From NCBI GenBank assembly GCA_030390025.1, contig CM059442.1, positions 41,788,001 to 41,852,000 of the forward strand: a DNA stretch of 64,000 nt, given 5' to 3'. The position numbers and the translations under genes were made by a program. The notes beneath the pieces are model-generated. The model did no database searches, was not told where the DNA came from, and saw only the letters and a program-made list of their open reading frames with translations. The DNA comes from Squalus acanthias (Eukaryota). Position 1 is the stretch's first letter. Every line of letters begins with the position of its first letter. Of the stretch, positions 39,131 to 50,708 are shown in pieces.

Positions 39131-39488
39131 AAGTCATTCTGAACACAACATATTTCATCTGTGCTCGAAGGGACGCAATCAGTTACGCAGAAAAGAGTCA
39201 CATGAAGATTAGGGCTCTGCGAGTCAATTTTGGTAATCACATTTTTTACATTAGCCATATCCTCAGATGTAAATGTATTTTTGTTGGGTTGCATAGCACA
39301 CTGAACAAGAATGCAAGGTGCCACAATAGGATGCAGGTTTGTTTCCTCCCATTCTGCTATGTTCCTGATCATAGCCATATTGCTGTGGGGAGGCACTAAG
39401 CAAAAGCTAAGCACTTCTTGACCAGAGGGAATAACTAGAGAAATTGGTATTCATGGATTGCTTTTTCACATCATTCAGAGCAGTAGAG

Positions 39489-40087
39489 CAGGAATGTCCA
39501 ACCCTTTGGAGCTGGGGACAAGATGCACCTATTAAAACCAGCGAGTGAGCTGCAAATTATTATGCAGTAATGCAAGCCCTTATACACAAGTGTGAGACCA
39601 TGCAAGGCACCTACCCTCCTTTCTCAGTCCTTTGCCCCATTTTCCCCCTCCTTTGAAGCTTAGCTCTCACTGTCCTTTCTCTGTTCCCAACACTTCTCTC
39701 TTTCTTCCTTTCTCTCCCCCAACTCAAACCCCACCACCACCCCCCACCAAATTTTTTAGGTCACAATACATCTTTAAAAATAGCCCATTATCTTCAAGAA
39801 TTTAATCCCTGCTTCAAAAGAAATTTGCTGTGTGAACATGAACAGCAGGAGAGATCTGGCTGGGTCCACTAAAGCAGTATGGGGTGGAAAACAGAATGCT
39901 TCAGCTCTTAAAAATTTCCAGGTTTGGCGACTGATAAAGGCTGCTCCCTGATGGGTGACCAGAGAGCAACCTTTTCCAGTCCTTCAGTCCCAGGAGCTTT
40001 ACGCAGTTTGAAGGTGCTGAAGTTGCCTTTGTGCACGTGCAAAGAGAGCCGGCAGGAGATTTGCAGGCCACATCTTGAACATCACTG
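39489..40087. mobile_element. hAT (Charlie-like) non-autonomous element, 599 bp
   Basis: Imperfect TIR CAGGAATGTCCAA / TTGAACATCACTG. Perfect 8-bp TSD CAGTAGAG at 39481-39488 and 40088-40095 with central TA. Confidence 0.8.
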
Positions 40088-41247
40088 CAGTAGAGGCCTC
40101 AGAGCAAATCTCCTACTGATGCATGACCAAGAGAAAGGGAGAGAAAAGCCAAGAAAAAATTAGAACATAAAATATCCTTAAAAATATTAATTAGCCATCA
40201 TAGAAATGTGTCAGTTATGCAGAACATCTCCAAATTACATTTTTCAGTCAATATAAAATGTGCACCAAAATCCAGCACGAAGTGGCCATTGTACTTTTTG
40301 ATAATGCATAAAAGCATTCACTTTTGGAGCAGGGGTAAATCTTGGACAGAGAGAAAGTCACTCCCTGTAATTTTTGTTCCATCATAATAAAGTCAACTGT
40401 GTACAGAAATCTAAATGTTCTGGCTTGATTACCAATCAATTGCTTCAAATATTTGATTAAACATTATATCACAAGTTAGTAGAAACAATTCTAAGCTTTA
40501 GCAGTCAGAACAATTTATTGAAAACAGATGCATCTTTTTAATCCACCCACCTAGTATTTATAGCAATACTAATAAATGGTATTACTGAAATTAAGGTACA
40601 CTCATGATATCCAATCACTTCTTGTTGCATTTTCAAAAATCCCCACTACCAGAAATTCCTAAAGATTGGACTATGGGGAGTCGATTGATCAGCTGAAATC
40701 TCACAGCTGCCCGATATTGATTCTATTTATATGAATACACAAATTCTATTACTGCATTGTGTAGTTCCTCTGGGTATAATCAGACCTTTACAAAGCCATA
40801 CTGTCCTTTCCCACTGCAGTGCTTATTGCTCTGCTGTGACCACAAGATTCCAGCTTGCAGTAAATTCACTTTTGCACTATGATAATTACTGTAAGCAGAA
40901 CAATCTCATGCTCCAATTTTAAAGCTGCAACAATTATTTTTCAACAGCAGCTTCAGTAAATAGCATGAGCTATTTAAGTTAACATTCCACATCACCTCAG
41001 AGCTTGCCGAAACTAGCAAAATGCCATTTTAGGGCAGATCAAAGAGTTGCAGTAAAGTTGTGGTGGGCATTACCACTATGGCTATATTAAAAAAAAAGCT
41101 GCCAATTAGTCACCAATTAACAAGCAGATTTAAAAATCATTGTAGCCATGTTAGTGGGCATTTGAAAGGGGAAAAGACAACTGCCATGCTATTTTAAAAT
41201 CACTCAACCCGCCCATACAGGCACAAATATAAATAAATGAACGAATT

Positions 41248-41350
41248 AAGTTGCATTTATATAGCACCTTTCATGACCTCCAGATATCCCAAAGTGCTTC
41301 ACAGCCAAATGAAGCACTTTTAAGAGTAGTCACTGCTGTTAATATAGGCA
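41248..41350 (-). mobile_element. SINE/L2 3' tail fragment
   Basis: ttgcatttatatagcacctttcatgacctc...cccaaagtgcttcacagcca is the reverse complement of the Deu-SINE tail type. Confidence 0.6.
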
Positions 41351-43348
41351 AATACAGATTATGCAAATGCAGAAGTGTTAGAGTAAATAAATACAAAACA
41401 TTCCATAACAAGGAAGTGCGTGCATAATCCATTCCAAAATTAGAAGTTAATATATTAACAGTAGCATTCTATTATATCCAGACAGTATTACATTTCAGTA
41501 GTCAAATATGAACCCAGATACTAGAACACTTGATATTACTGAAGAGATTTTTTTTTTTTTTTTTTAAAGTACATCTAAAATATACTAAAGGTATGCACAC
41601 TTTTGTGTCACCTTTACTTCCCTCACACCTATCTCAACCCTAGATGTCACAACTCTCACACTATAGATCACTTCTTTTACAGCCTTTTTAAAATACCAAC
41701 TTCTCAATAGTCTATTCTGGTCATCTGACCAACTGTCTCCTTGGATCACCTACCTTTGTCTTCCATCTCCATCCAAACATGAAAATATCTACCTTCCTCC
41801 CCCCCTCAGTAACAGAAATATTTAATGTCCAAAATTAAGATTTTAACAAAGCAAAATCAAAAATCTCATGCTTCAGAATATTAAATTTGCCCATAAATTG
41901 TCTTTAAATATCTAAAATTAAATGTTCACTTCAAGGCCTCGGCCTCTGAAAAGCCTAGGTTTCAACTGGGCGTTTTTCACTTCAACAGTTGAAAGGATTT
42001 ACAACCACAGTTGTGTATTCAGAGCATGTGCAGTTTGCAGACATTGCCAAAATGCATCAGTAGATTTCTCCAAGTTGAAGTAGAAGGGTGCATCTCCACA
42101 TCCTATGGAATAGAAAATTTTTGCTTTTTCCGAAAAACTTCAAAACAAAGATTAAATTTTCAAAACTTTACTTCTGCCAACTTAAGTTTCATATTTAAAA
42201 TCTTAACTATTCTTTATTATAAGCTGCTCAATTTTTATCAGACAGAATACCAGATATTAACAAAAATCTGTTTTTTTAATGTTGATATTTAAAATACAAA
42301 ACACATTGTTTAGAGAATGGATCTCTATTTCCCTCGGTGGAAAAATCAAAAAGGATTTCAGTTTGTGTGTGCAAGTGATTTAAACCTAGCTAGCAGATTA
42401 ATTTGTATTATTAGATTCATCTTATTTGGCTGCTGTCCATGCAAGGCCTGAACTCTTCATTTTGGCACCAAACTTACTTATTTTTTTTCTTTTGAGAAAG
42501 ACAGCAAATAATTTCTATGGCTTAAAAGGTAATTTTTTTGTATTACAAACTTGGTAACTATTATGTAAACAATGAACTTGAGCATGCCATGAGGCAATTT
42601 TCTTATTTATGGGAATGTATTATTTGTGCGATTAGGCAAACACACCAAACAGTGCATTAAGTTTTACGGTAGGAAGCAGCTGATGATACTAAAGAACCCA
42701 AAAGGGTATGTGGACAGGTCAGATAGGAGGATGACATAACTTGGAAGGAAGGGTGCCCGATATGCTCCAAAAGTCGTCACGGGCAGTTTAGGCACCATTC
42801 TCTTGGGCCTTCCTCCCATTCAAGGTTATCAGACTGCCTCCCAATACCACCAGGCCCCAGCAACCCCCAATACCGCAAGACCCTGTCCCCTCAATGCTCC
42901 TGAACCATCCTCCCAAATTCCAGAACACGTTGCTCCACCCCAGTCCCCAAACCCCAAGACTGTTGGAAATTCATGCACTTTTACTAAATTGAAAAACATA
43001 ACCAGCACTCTGATTTCATATGACCTCATGTATTAAGATCTGTTCAGCTTCCTTTAGACTTAAACTATTTTAATTACTTTAAAAAATGTAATCTAATTCC
43101 CAGAGCCCACAAATCCAAGGGCTCCCCTCAATACTGATAAATCTGCCCGATTATACTACTTAGCAGAACAGCTCGGTTATAAAAACTTCAATACATTGTG
43201 AGCAATGCCACAGGAAAGAAATATATGCTCACAGTAGTGAGGTTGCTCATGTTTTGTATCACCCAGTTGCCTCTCAGAACCAATTAGGCCACTAAATATT
43301 AATAGAGTATATACAATAAACAGCCAGTGTAATCCTTGTCAACACTTA

Positions 43349-44185
43349 GGGCAGAATTTTCATTGACACGTGGAGGCGGGTTTGGAGGCGTGTGGGGGTT
43401 ACAATAGCAGATTCGGGGGTCCCGATCCCATCCCGCCCCCATGCCAGTTTCACAGGAGGCGGGTACCCGAACTGTGCTGGGACCCACCTCCCTGAGGCGG
43501 GAAGGGGATTAGTCCCAATAAACTGCCTGTTAACAGGTAGTTAACAGGCAGTTTTTTGCTTAATCCCTATTTTTAGCCCTAAAGTGTGGGCTTCCCGACA
43601 GGTCCGAACCACTCCGATTTAGCGAGGCGGACCGTCGGCCTGGAGGGCTTGGAGGGGTCAAGATGTCCAGTGTGCAGGTGAGTGATGGGTGCATGAGTGC
43701 AGAGGTAAGTGTGTTTGGTGTGTATATATAAAAGTGTTTTAAGAACTTGTACTTCCCTTAACTTTGTCCTGCAGGCTTCCTTCCTTCAGTTCTTGGGAGT
43801 CCCTCAGCTCACCGGCACAGAAAGCAGAATGGCCGCAGAGCTGTCAAAAGCTGCAGTCTCCGCTTTCTGTGCTGGATTGATTTCTAACTGAGTCTAAGTA
43901 CAGGGACTCACGTTAGAAATCATATTGTCAGTGTTTGACAGCTTCACAGAGCTGTCAAACGCTGAAATTTCATCTGTCAAAAGCTCTTGACAGATGAAAT
44001 TTCAATGGCTGACGTCACCTGTATCCAAGGGACCCTTGATTGGCCTGCTAAGCCTGCTGGGCAGGCTTAACAAGGTCAATCAAGGGAAAATACAGTGGGT
44101 TGGCCACAAGTTGATGGAGGCGGGACTACAACCCAAAAAGTGGGAGTCCCGCCTCCATCACATCCCCATTGACAAAATCCAGCCC
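43349..44185. mobile_element. PIF/Harbinger-like non-autonomous element with internal palindromes
   Basis: Ends GGGCAGAATTTT / AAAATCCAGCCC flanked by TTA and TCA. Subterminal ggaggcggg / cccgcctcc motifs. Confidence 0.6.
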
Positions 44186-45327
44186 TCAATGTCTGATGGA
44201 TTAATAATTGGAATGCAATCACTGCAGATTATCAATCAGCAGGAAATAATTAGCAAGTGCTTTTTCCCTTCCTCCTAGTAATATATACACAACATTATCA
44301 CAATATGGTCTGGTACTAATTCCTTTGTGACATAGAAAGTGAGAGATTGCAGCATTGGTACTGCAATGCTAGGTCATAATCAAGTGGAGATGAACTAAAA
44401 GACAATTTGCATTAACAGACCAAAGTTACAATGGATATGAAGTCACAATCATCTTTTCAAGAGGTTATCTTCAACCTATTGTGTCTAATTTTGGTAATCG
44501 AATGAAGAAACCCATCAGGGATATTGTCTGTCCCTCTAATATTTTTTATCCTGCACCACACAGCATGTCTTTTCTGACGGTCTCCCCTCACTCACAGGCA
44601 TGCACACACAGCAACCCAAATGTGTTTTATGATGCATTTACACTGCAGCTACTGGAGAGAGACCGGTAGCTGCAGTTCAGCTTCCAGCCATGCAGTGCTC
44701 TGCTTACATTGCTTGGCTCCTGCCTGGAACTTTAGCTCTCCTGTTTAGGAAAGTGCTCTGTGCACACTTTGATATAGCCATACAAAGAGCTTTCTCCCAA
44801 CAGTTAGAAATTTAAATATTTAGAGAGGGGTAAAGGGAGAATCCCTCCTCTTAACATTTAAATGGGTTACGGTACAATTAATAAAAATGTCGTGCGGGTC
44901 CAATGGATTTCATGAGCGCTTTGTAAACCGAGTTTGACATTGCACTGTATTTCAACTCCATGTGGTGAGACTACCTCCTCCAGGGAGTCTCACTACACTT
45001 CACTCTGGAGGCAGGCGAGACCCAGACTCCAGATTTATCCACAAATTTAGCGTCAGTACTGCTTCACATCAACATCAAACTTATTGCAACACAAGAGTAC
45101 AACTGTAATGAGAACAGGAAACTCACAAAATTTATCCGACTGGTTTTAGAGAGCACAGAAGATCCGGCAAGAATAGATGTTACGGTGTTAAGAAACCTGG
45201 AGTGCTCCCATGGCAAATTCATAAGCCAACACAAAGAAAATACTGCGGATGCTGGAAATCTGAAATAAAAACAGAAAATGCTGGAGATACTCAGCAGGTC
45301 AGGCAGCATCTGTGAAGAGATAAACAG

Positions 45328-45364
45328 AGTTAACGTTTCAGGTCGATGACCTTTCGTCAGAACT
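45328..45364 (-). ncRNA. Minimal hammerhead ribozyme motif, intact core, same strand as AXIN1 pre-mRNA
   Basis: Minus strand reads AGTT-CTGACGA-A-AGGTC-ATC-GACCT-GAAA-CGTT-AACT. Confidence 0.8.
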
Positions 45365-45575
45365 GGAAAAAAGCAGGAAATGGAACAGATTTTTAAGCAA
45401 GTGTTGAGGCTGGGAAAGGGGGAGGGGATAAAAGAACAAAAGGGAAGGTCTGTGATAGGATAGAAGGCAGGAGAGGTTAACCTATCACAGACCTTCCCTT
45501 TTGTTCTTTTATCCCCTCCCCCTTTCCCAGCCTCAACACTTGCTCAAAAATCTGTTCCATTTCCTGCTTTTTTCC

Positions 45576-45612
45576 AGTTCTGACGAAAGGTCATCGACCT
45601 AAAACGTTAACT
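45576..45612 (+). ncRNA. Hammerhead motif with inactivating core change (GAAA to AAAA)
   Basis: AGTTCTGACGAAAGGTCATCGACCT-AAAA-CGTTAACT. The G12 position (45601) is A. Confidence 0.7.
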
Positions 45613-47561
45613 CTGTTTCTCTCTTCACAGATGCTGCCTGACCTGCTGAGTATCTCCAGCATTTTCTGTTTTTATTTCATAAGCTAACACCCTGGTTCAG
45701 CAGTTGATGTTTAATACTCCATGTGAAGCTTCAAGTAATACAATCTGGGAGAGGATACAGAGACATCATTTGCATCATGTTCATGAATAGAAGTATTGCT
45801 TAAACACTTGCAATTTTTATGGTGTTCATTTTTAAGCAAATATGGTATTTTTGGATGTTATACAGATACTGCATAAAACTTTAAGTTATTCATTTATAAT
45901 TAATTATACACAAATGATGTATGTAATTTACTACCCTTCCTTTTAAAGAGCCCAATGAGCAGCTTTTTGAAGGGGTGGAGGAGAAGCAAAGAGAGGGAGA
46001 AATGACCAATAGCTTGGAATCATGGAATTCTTGAGGAGTTTGAATCCTACTGACAAGGTGCTTTTACAGCTACAATTCACAAACAGTTTAACATGACAGA
46101 GGAATACTTACCAGTTTGGCCTGTATGTCTGAGCCTATCCCTAGTATTTTAAGTCAAGATCATGTGTTGCCTGCAGCTTGGTGCATTATCAAAAAGTGGA
46201 AGGGCTGTGATCGCTGCCAAAGCAAATATTGACCCTAGGGTAAATGGACTGAGACAGATCTTCTGAAAACAAACCACCTCCTGTTGAGGGCTTCTTTGCC
46301 AGTCTTTCCTTAGGAGTAAAAAAAAACCTCAAGCCAACTTTTGAGTGCTCGTTAGCCTCCACCAAAATGGTGTTGCTGTTTAAACATTCTGGATTTTAAT
46401 TCAAGCTTTGAGATGTTGAAGCCCCTTTCTATTGACCTTTTACTGTTCAAGAGCTGAGCAGACCATGCCCACTTAGTACTGTTTCTTAAATATAGTTTGC
46501 CATTGTTTAGGTTGCTTTAAGTCCCAATATTTTGACTGGGAGCATTTTTCAGCTTCGGCATTGAACGTTTTGCAAGTTTTTCTATGGTACCCTCATGCCA
46601 GCTTTTTACATACAATCCTTAATTTGGCTGTGCTAAACTTACATTTAGCGCCAATAGAGGTAGCAGTTAAGAAGGCCAGGAAGATGGGACTGGCTGAGAC
46701 ATCTTCCTCATCATCGCCAGGAGCAAATGAGAAGGACTACATTGCCAGGAGCAAATGAGAAGGACGACTACATGATGGGCCATTACCTGTAGGTGCAAAG
46801 ACCCCCTCGGGTCCCATGTGTGTTCCTGCCAGTAGCGCAGGACCTGTGTTTACAGACCAATTTTATGAAATAAAGCTGCAATACTAAAGCTTATTAAAAA
46901 GGCAGAAACATAACCCTCAGAACCTCAAACACAACAGGTTCCACAAATATAGAAATATAGACATCGATTTTTACAGGGTGGAGCAGGAAGAGTACAGGGG
47001 AACCCGGTAGCAGGCGACAAACCTGGCAAGGCCGGGGACATGGAAGCCCTGCCAATCTCGGCAGAGCCTCATTTGAATAAATCTCTGCAGAGTCTCACTT
47101 GACACCAGACCAGATTGACTACCTGGCCGGCACGTGGGTGTGGGAATCTGGTGCAGGAAGCTGCAGCCAGGGACCAGTGTGAAGAAAAGCTACATTGTGA
47201 ATGTCTATGTACTTGTTATCTTGTTGGATATTTTTCAATCTCAAGAGCCCTACAGCATGAATATTTAACATGCCCATTAAGTTTTATTAAAATTCTGTGA
47301 CAATGCTGGATCTTACAACATAGCTGAGCTTTCTAAAAAAAATCTAAGTAAAAAATCCTAGTCAAGTAAAAGACAGACGATCCTAGCTTGATTAGTAGAA
47401 TATTCAAATTTAGAAGGTGGCAAGAACAGAAACAGGCATTTCATTGCTTAGTGGCAGATGTTCAAGCTGGGGATAGTGCTTCCTTCCTTGAAAGTGACAG
47501 AGGTTCAGAAAAGTAGTTCTTGCTATTCTCAATTTATTAGTCTTGAAAAAAAACTTTAAAC

Positions 47562-48326
47562 TACATTAGGATTACATTACATAGGATATACGGCACAGAA
47601 ACAGGCCACGCTCCACTCGAGCCTCCTCCTGTCTTTCCTCATCTAAATCTATCAGCATTACCCTCTATTCCCTTTTCCCTCATATGTTTGTCCAACCTCC
47701 CCTTAAATGCATCTATACTATTTGCTTCAACCACTCCCTGTGGTAGTGAGTTCCACATTCTCACCACTCTTTGGGTAAAGAAGTTTCTTCTGAATTCCCT
47801 ATTGGATTTCTTGGTGACTATCTTATATTGATGGCCTTTAGTTATGCTCTTCCCCACAAGTGGAAACACTCTCTCTGTATCCACTCTATCAAAACCTTTC
47901 ATAATTTTATAGAACTCCATTGGGTCACCCCATAGTCTTTTTTCAAGAGACTGTTCATCCTTTCCTGATATGTATACCCTTGCATTTCTGGTATCATCCT
48001 TGTAAATCTTCTCTGCACCCTCTCCAGTGCCTCAATATCTTTTTAATAATATGGCGACCAGAACTGCACGCAGTACTCCAAGTGTGGTCTAACCAAGGTT
48101 CGATACAGATTTAGCATAACTTCCCTACTTTTCAATTCTATCCCTCTAGAAATAAACCCTAGTGCTTGGTTTGCATTTTTAATGGACTTGCTAACCTGTG
48201 GTGCAACTTTGTGATGTGTATTTGTACTCCTAGATCCCTTTGTTCCTCTACCCCACCTGGACTCCCACCCTCCAAGGTGATAAGTGACCTCCCTATTCTT
48301 CTTACCAAAATGCAATACTTCACATG
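47562..48326 (-). mobile_element. CR1 3' fragment (family of 28931-31742), inverted
   Basis: ORFs 48366-48043 and 47920-47639 (LYRTLVRPHLEYC, FFTQRVVRMWNSLP). Tail atcctatgtaa. Confidence 0.92.
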
Positions 48327-49019
48327 TAGAAATCTCACAAGAAATGGATAGGATTTCAAAATTCAAGTGAACAATATTTCTTTGAAAAATATTTCAATCA
48401 GAAAGTCCCTTCTGAGTTTTTTGAGCACCTGTCTGTTTTAGATGTACTTTCACCAGCGAGCACACAAGTGTAAAAACAGTGTAGACTTAAATAAGTTTAC
48501 AGTCCACCTGTTAAGTTTAAATTAGTGGTTTGGTGCTTGTGAAAGGATAAAATTTAACCCACTTTTAAATATTAATAGCAAGCTTTAAAAATTATGAAAA
48601 CGACATCTCTTTATAATGCCACTTTGATAAATGTGAAGTTCAAACACTAAGCCGTCAATTTAAATTATGCCTTGTTTTTCTTGACAAATCAAGCTGAAGT
48701 GCCAAGACCTGCAAAACACAACTAAGGCCAAAAAAGACTAAGAGATGAGTAGGTAAATCAAGTAGTGGCAATTAGGCAATGGGAAGTTTGAGTTTTATTT
48801 TAGGCTAAACGTTGTAGAAGGAAGGAAAGATTGGGCACGGTGGGTAAGGGGTTCGCTATCTTTGAGGCCCTGGGAAAGAAATAATTTACAGTAGAAAACT
48901 GTACAATAAGTCTGTATGGAGGATGAAAACTTGTTTTTGAAGTTCAAAAGGATGAAGATAGTAAAGTTCAAAAGAAGCCCCGACCATTGCATAATAATAA
49001 AATAGAGAAATACTAAAGG

Positions 49020-49560
49020 TAGGAGGGGAAAAAAAAACGCAGCTATTAAACAAGCATTTTTTCAATCTGCATCTTGTATAGGAATGCAATCCAGGTGCGA
49101 GTGAAGCCTCCCCAGATATGGGAATAGTATTCAAGTCTTGGAAGGACTTCAACTTCATACAGTTGAAAGTTGTTCAGGGGAAAAATGTTTGGCATGCAAG
49201 GCAAAACCGAGCTTCTTGGAGGCAGCTTTAACAATGGAGTAGATGTGGGATATCAGTGAAATCAGAGGAGATAGTGAGGTCAAGAATGTCAATAAATGAA
49301 GGAGGACTAAAAGGTAAGAGGTAGCAGCTGTTGGTTTAAGATAAAAATATGCTCTTTGAAGAATTGAAAAACAAGATTTTTTATTAGTCCATTGAAGACA
49401 AGATGTTATGATTCAGCTATTGGACTGAGAACTAGAGATTGTGAATATCAATTGTGTGCAATCCAAGGAAACATACTGCAGAAGCAGCAAAAAAAAAAAT
49501 GGAGTGTTGGATAATGAAGAAAAACAAAATGGAAAGGACTAGGCCCTGGAGAACTGTTCT
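49020..49560 (-). mobile_element. Ancient LINE RT remnant (CR1/L2-group, distinct family)
   Basis: LYEVEVLPRLEYYSHIWGG resembles the LYKxxxRPxxEYxSxxW motif. cagttctccagggcctagtcctt resembles VPQGSVL. Confidence 0.55.
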
Positions 49561-50109
49561 GCACACAGAGACCCTGTGGTGTGGACAGATTGCTGAAGAT
49601 CACGTGTTAAAGTGGGCTCATTCACACTACACAAAATTCATAAAAATATTCAAGTTAACAAGTTAAACACAGTTAGGTATAGCTGAAGTACTAAAGCTGT
49701 AATTACTTTGACAATCTCCATAGCATTTTTTCATCTCAAGGCTGGCTGGAACAACTTGATCACTAGTACAGTATTTTGATTACCAGCATTAAATGAACTA
49801 ACCATTTTATTAAAATGGCCATTTAGGAATTAGCATTAAATTTCAGAGTTGGACAGTAAGCTGTAGCATTTATACAGATGAGGCATTAACCGGCAATCAA
49901 AGTAGGCTCTTCCTAAACCATTTGGGAACTCAAAACATGGTAGGACAGTTTATTGACAATACAGTAAAAAGGAAGTAATGCTTTAAAAAAATGAAAAATG
50001 TTCTGCTCGCTACTTAGTTTAACCTTTCCTTAAGTCCTGGTGGTACAACATTTCATTCACTTAAACTTTGTTTTTACCAAAACAAAAATTGAAAAATACA
50101 ACCGTCACC

Positions 50110-50400
50110 TCTAGAGGCCTTCTCGGGAGCTAAAACAGCCATTCACAGATACAGGATGAGCGCAGCCCATGGGGAGAGTCTCTCTGGCCACCTGCCTCTC
50201 TACCGCAGTCTCATCTGTATCCGGATGGCCCAGGAGACGGAACATGCGGTGGCCACCGGTACACTCGAGGCTTTCTGCGAGCTGTGGGCACCGCAGGGCA
50301 TAGTGTCTAACTGACACAAACAACAATATTATGATTTGGAATTATAGTTTCTTTAATTTAGGTAATGTCTAATTCATTAAAGTAGTGGTGCCTCCTTAAG
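50110..50400 (+). mobile_element. Tx1-clade non-LTR retrotransposon ORF2 C-terminus and 3' UTR
   Basis: 50132-50314 translates as KTAIHRYRMSAAHGESLSGHLPLYRSLICIRMAQETEHAVATGTLEAFCELWAPQGIVSN*, matching the recalled Tx1 C-terminal pattern AKLAI...EHAVSTGTLEAF..RWAP. Confidence 0.7.
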
Positions 50401-50708
50401 AGGGGGGCACTTGTGGAGCTGTCTTTTGGTTGGCGACAATGGGGCAACATGGTATCACCTTCATTGGTTAATTTAAAATAGGCACATTTGCCTAGTCAGC
50501 AAGCTGTAGCAGCATGTAATTGTAAACAGGTGCACTGGCAGATCCAGGAACTCTTTAGTCCTACTGCGATGCTATAGATGCCGTAGGGTGCCAACATAGT
50601 GCACCCCATTAAACAAAGCCACTTCAGTAGTATTGGCAGGGTTAATCTGTTCATACCAGCACTGCGCCTGCTTCCTCTGAAATGTTAAATTACCATTGTG
50701 TGTGGGTA

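Larger units (their letters stand above)
45233..45679. mobile_element. Fold-back Penelope-like insertion (inverted pLTR pair)
   Basis: Arms 45261-45459 and 45481-45679 (199 bp each, 3 mismatches counted) with a 21-nt spacer. Flanking direct repeat TTCATAAGC[C/T]AACAC at 45218-45232 and 45676-45690. Confidence 0.92.

Noticed and set aside
38992-39414. 140-aa minus-strand ORF as an extra AXIN1 exon
   Set aside because: No Axin similarity, and it overlaps a probable decayed LINE.
46716-46765. 22-bp direct repeat GCCAGGAGCAAATGAGAAGGAC (CRISPR-like?)
   Set aside because: Only two units with a 6-nt gap. This is a local tandem duplication in vertebrate DNA with no cas genes.
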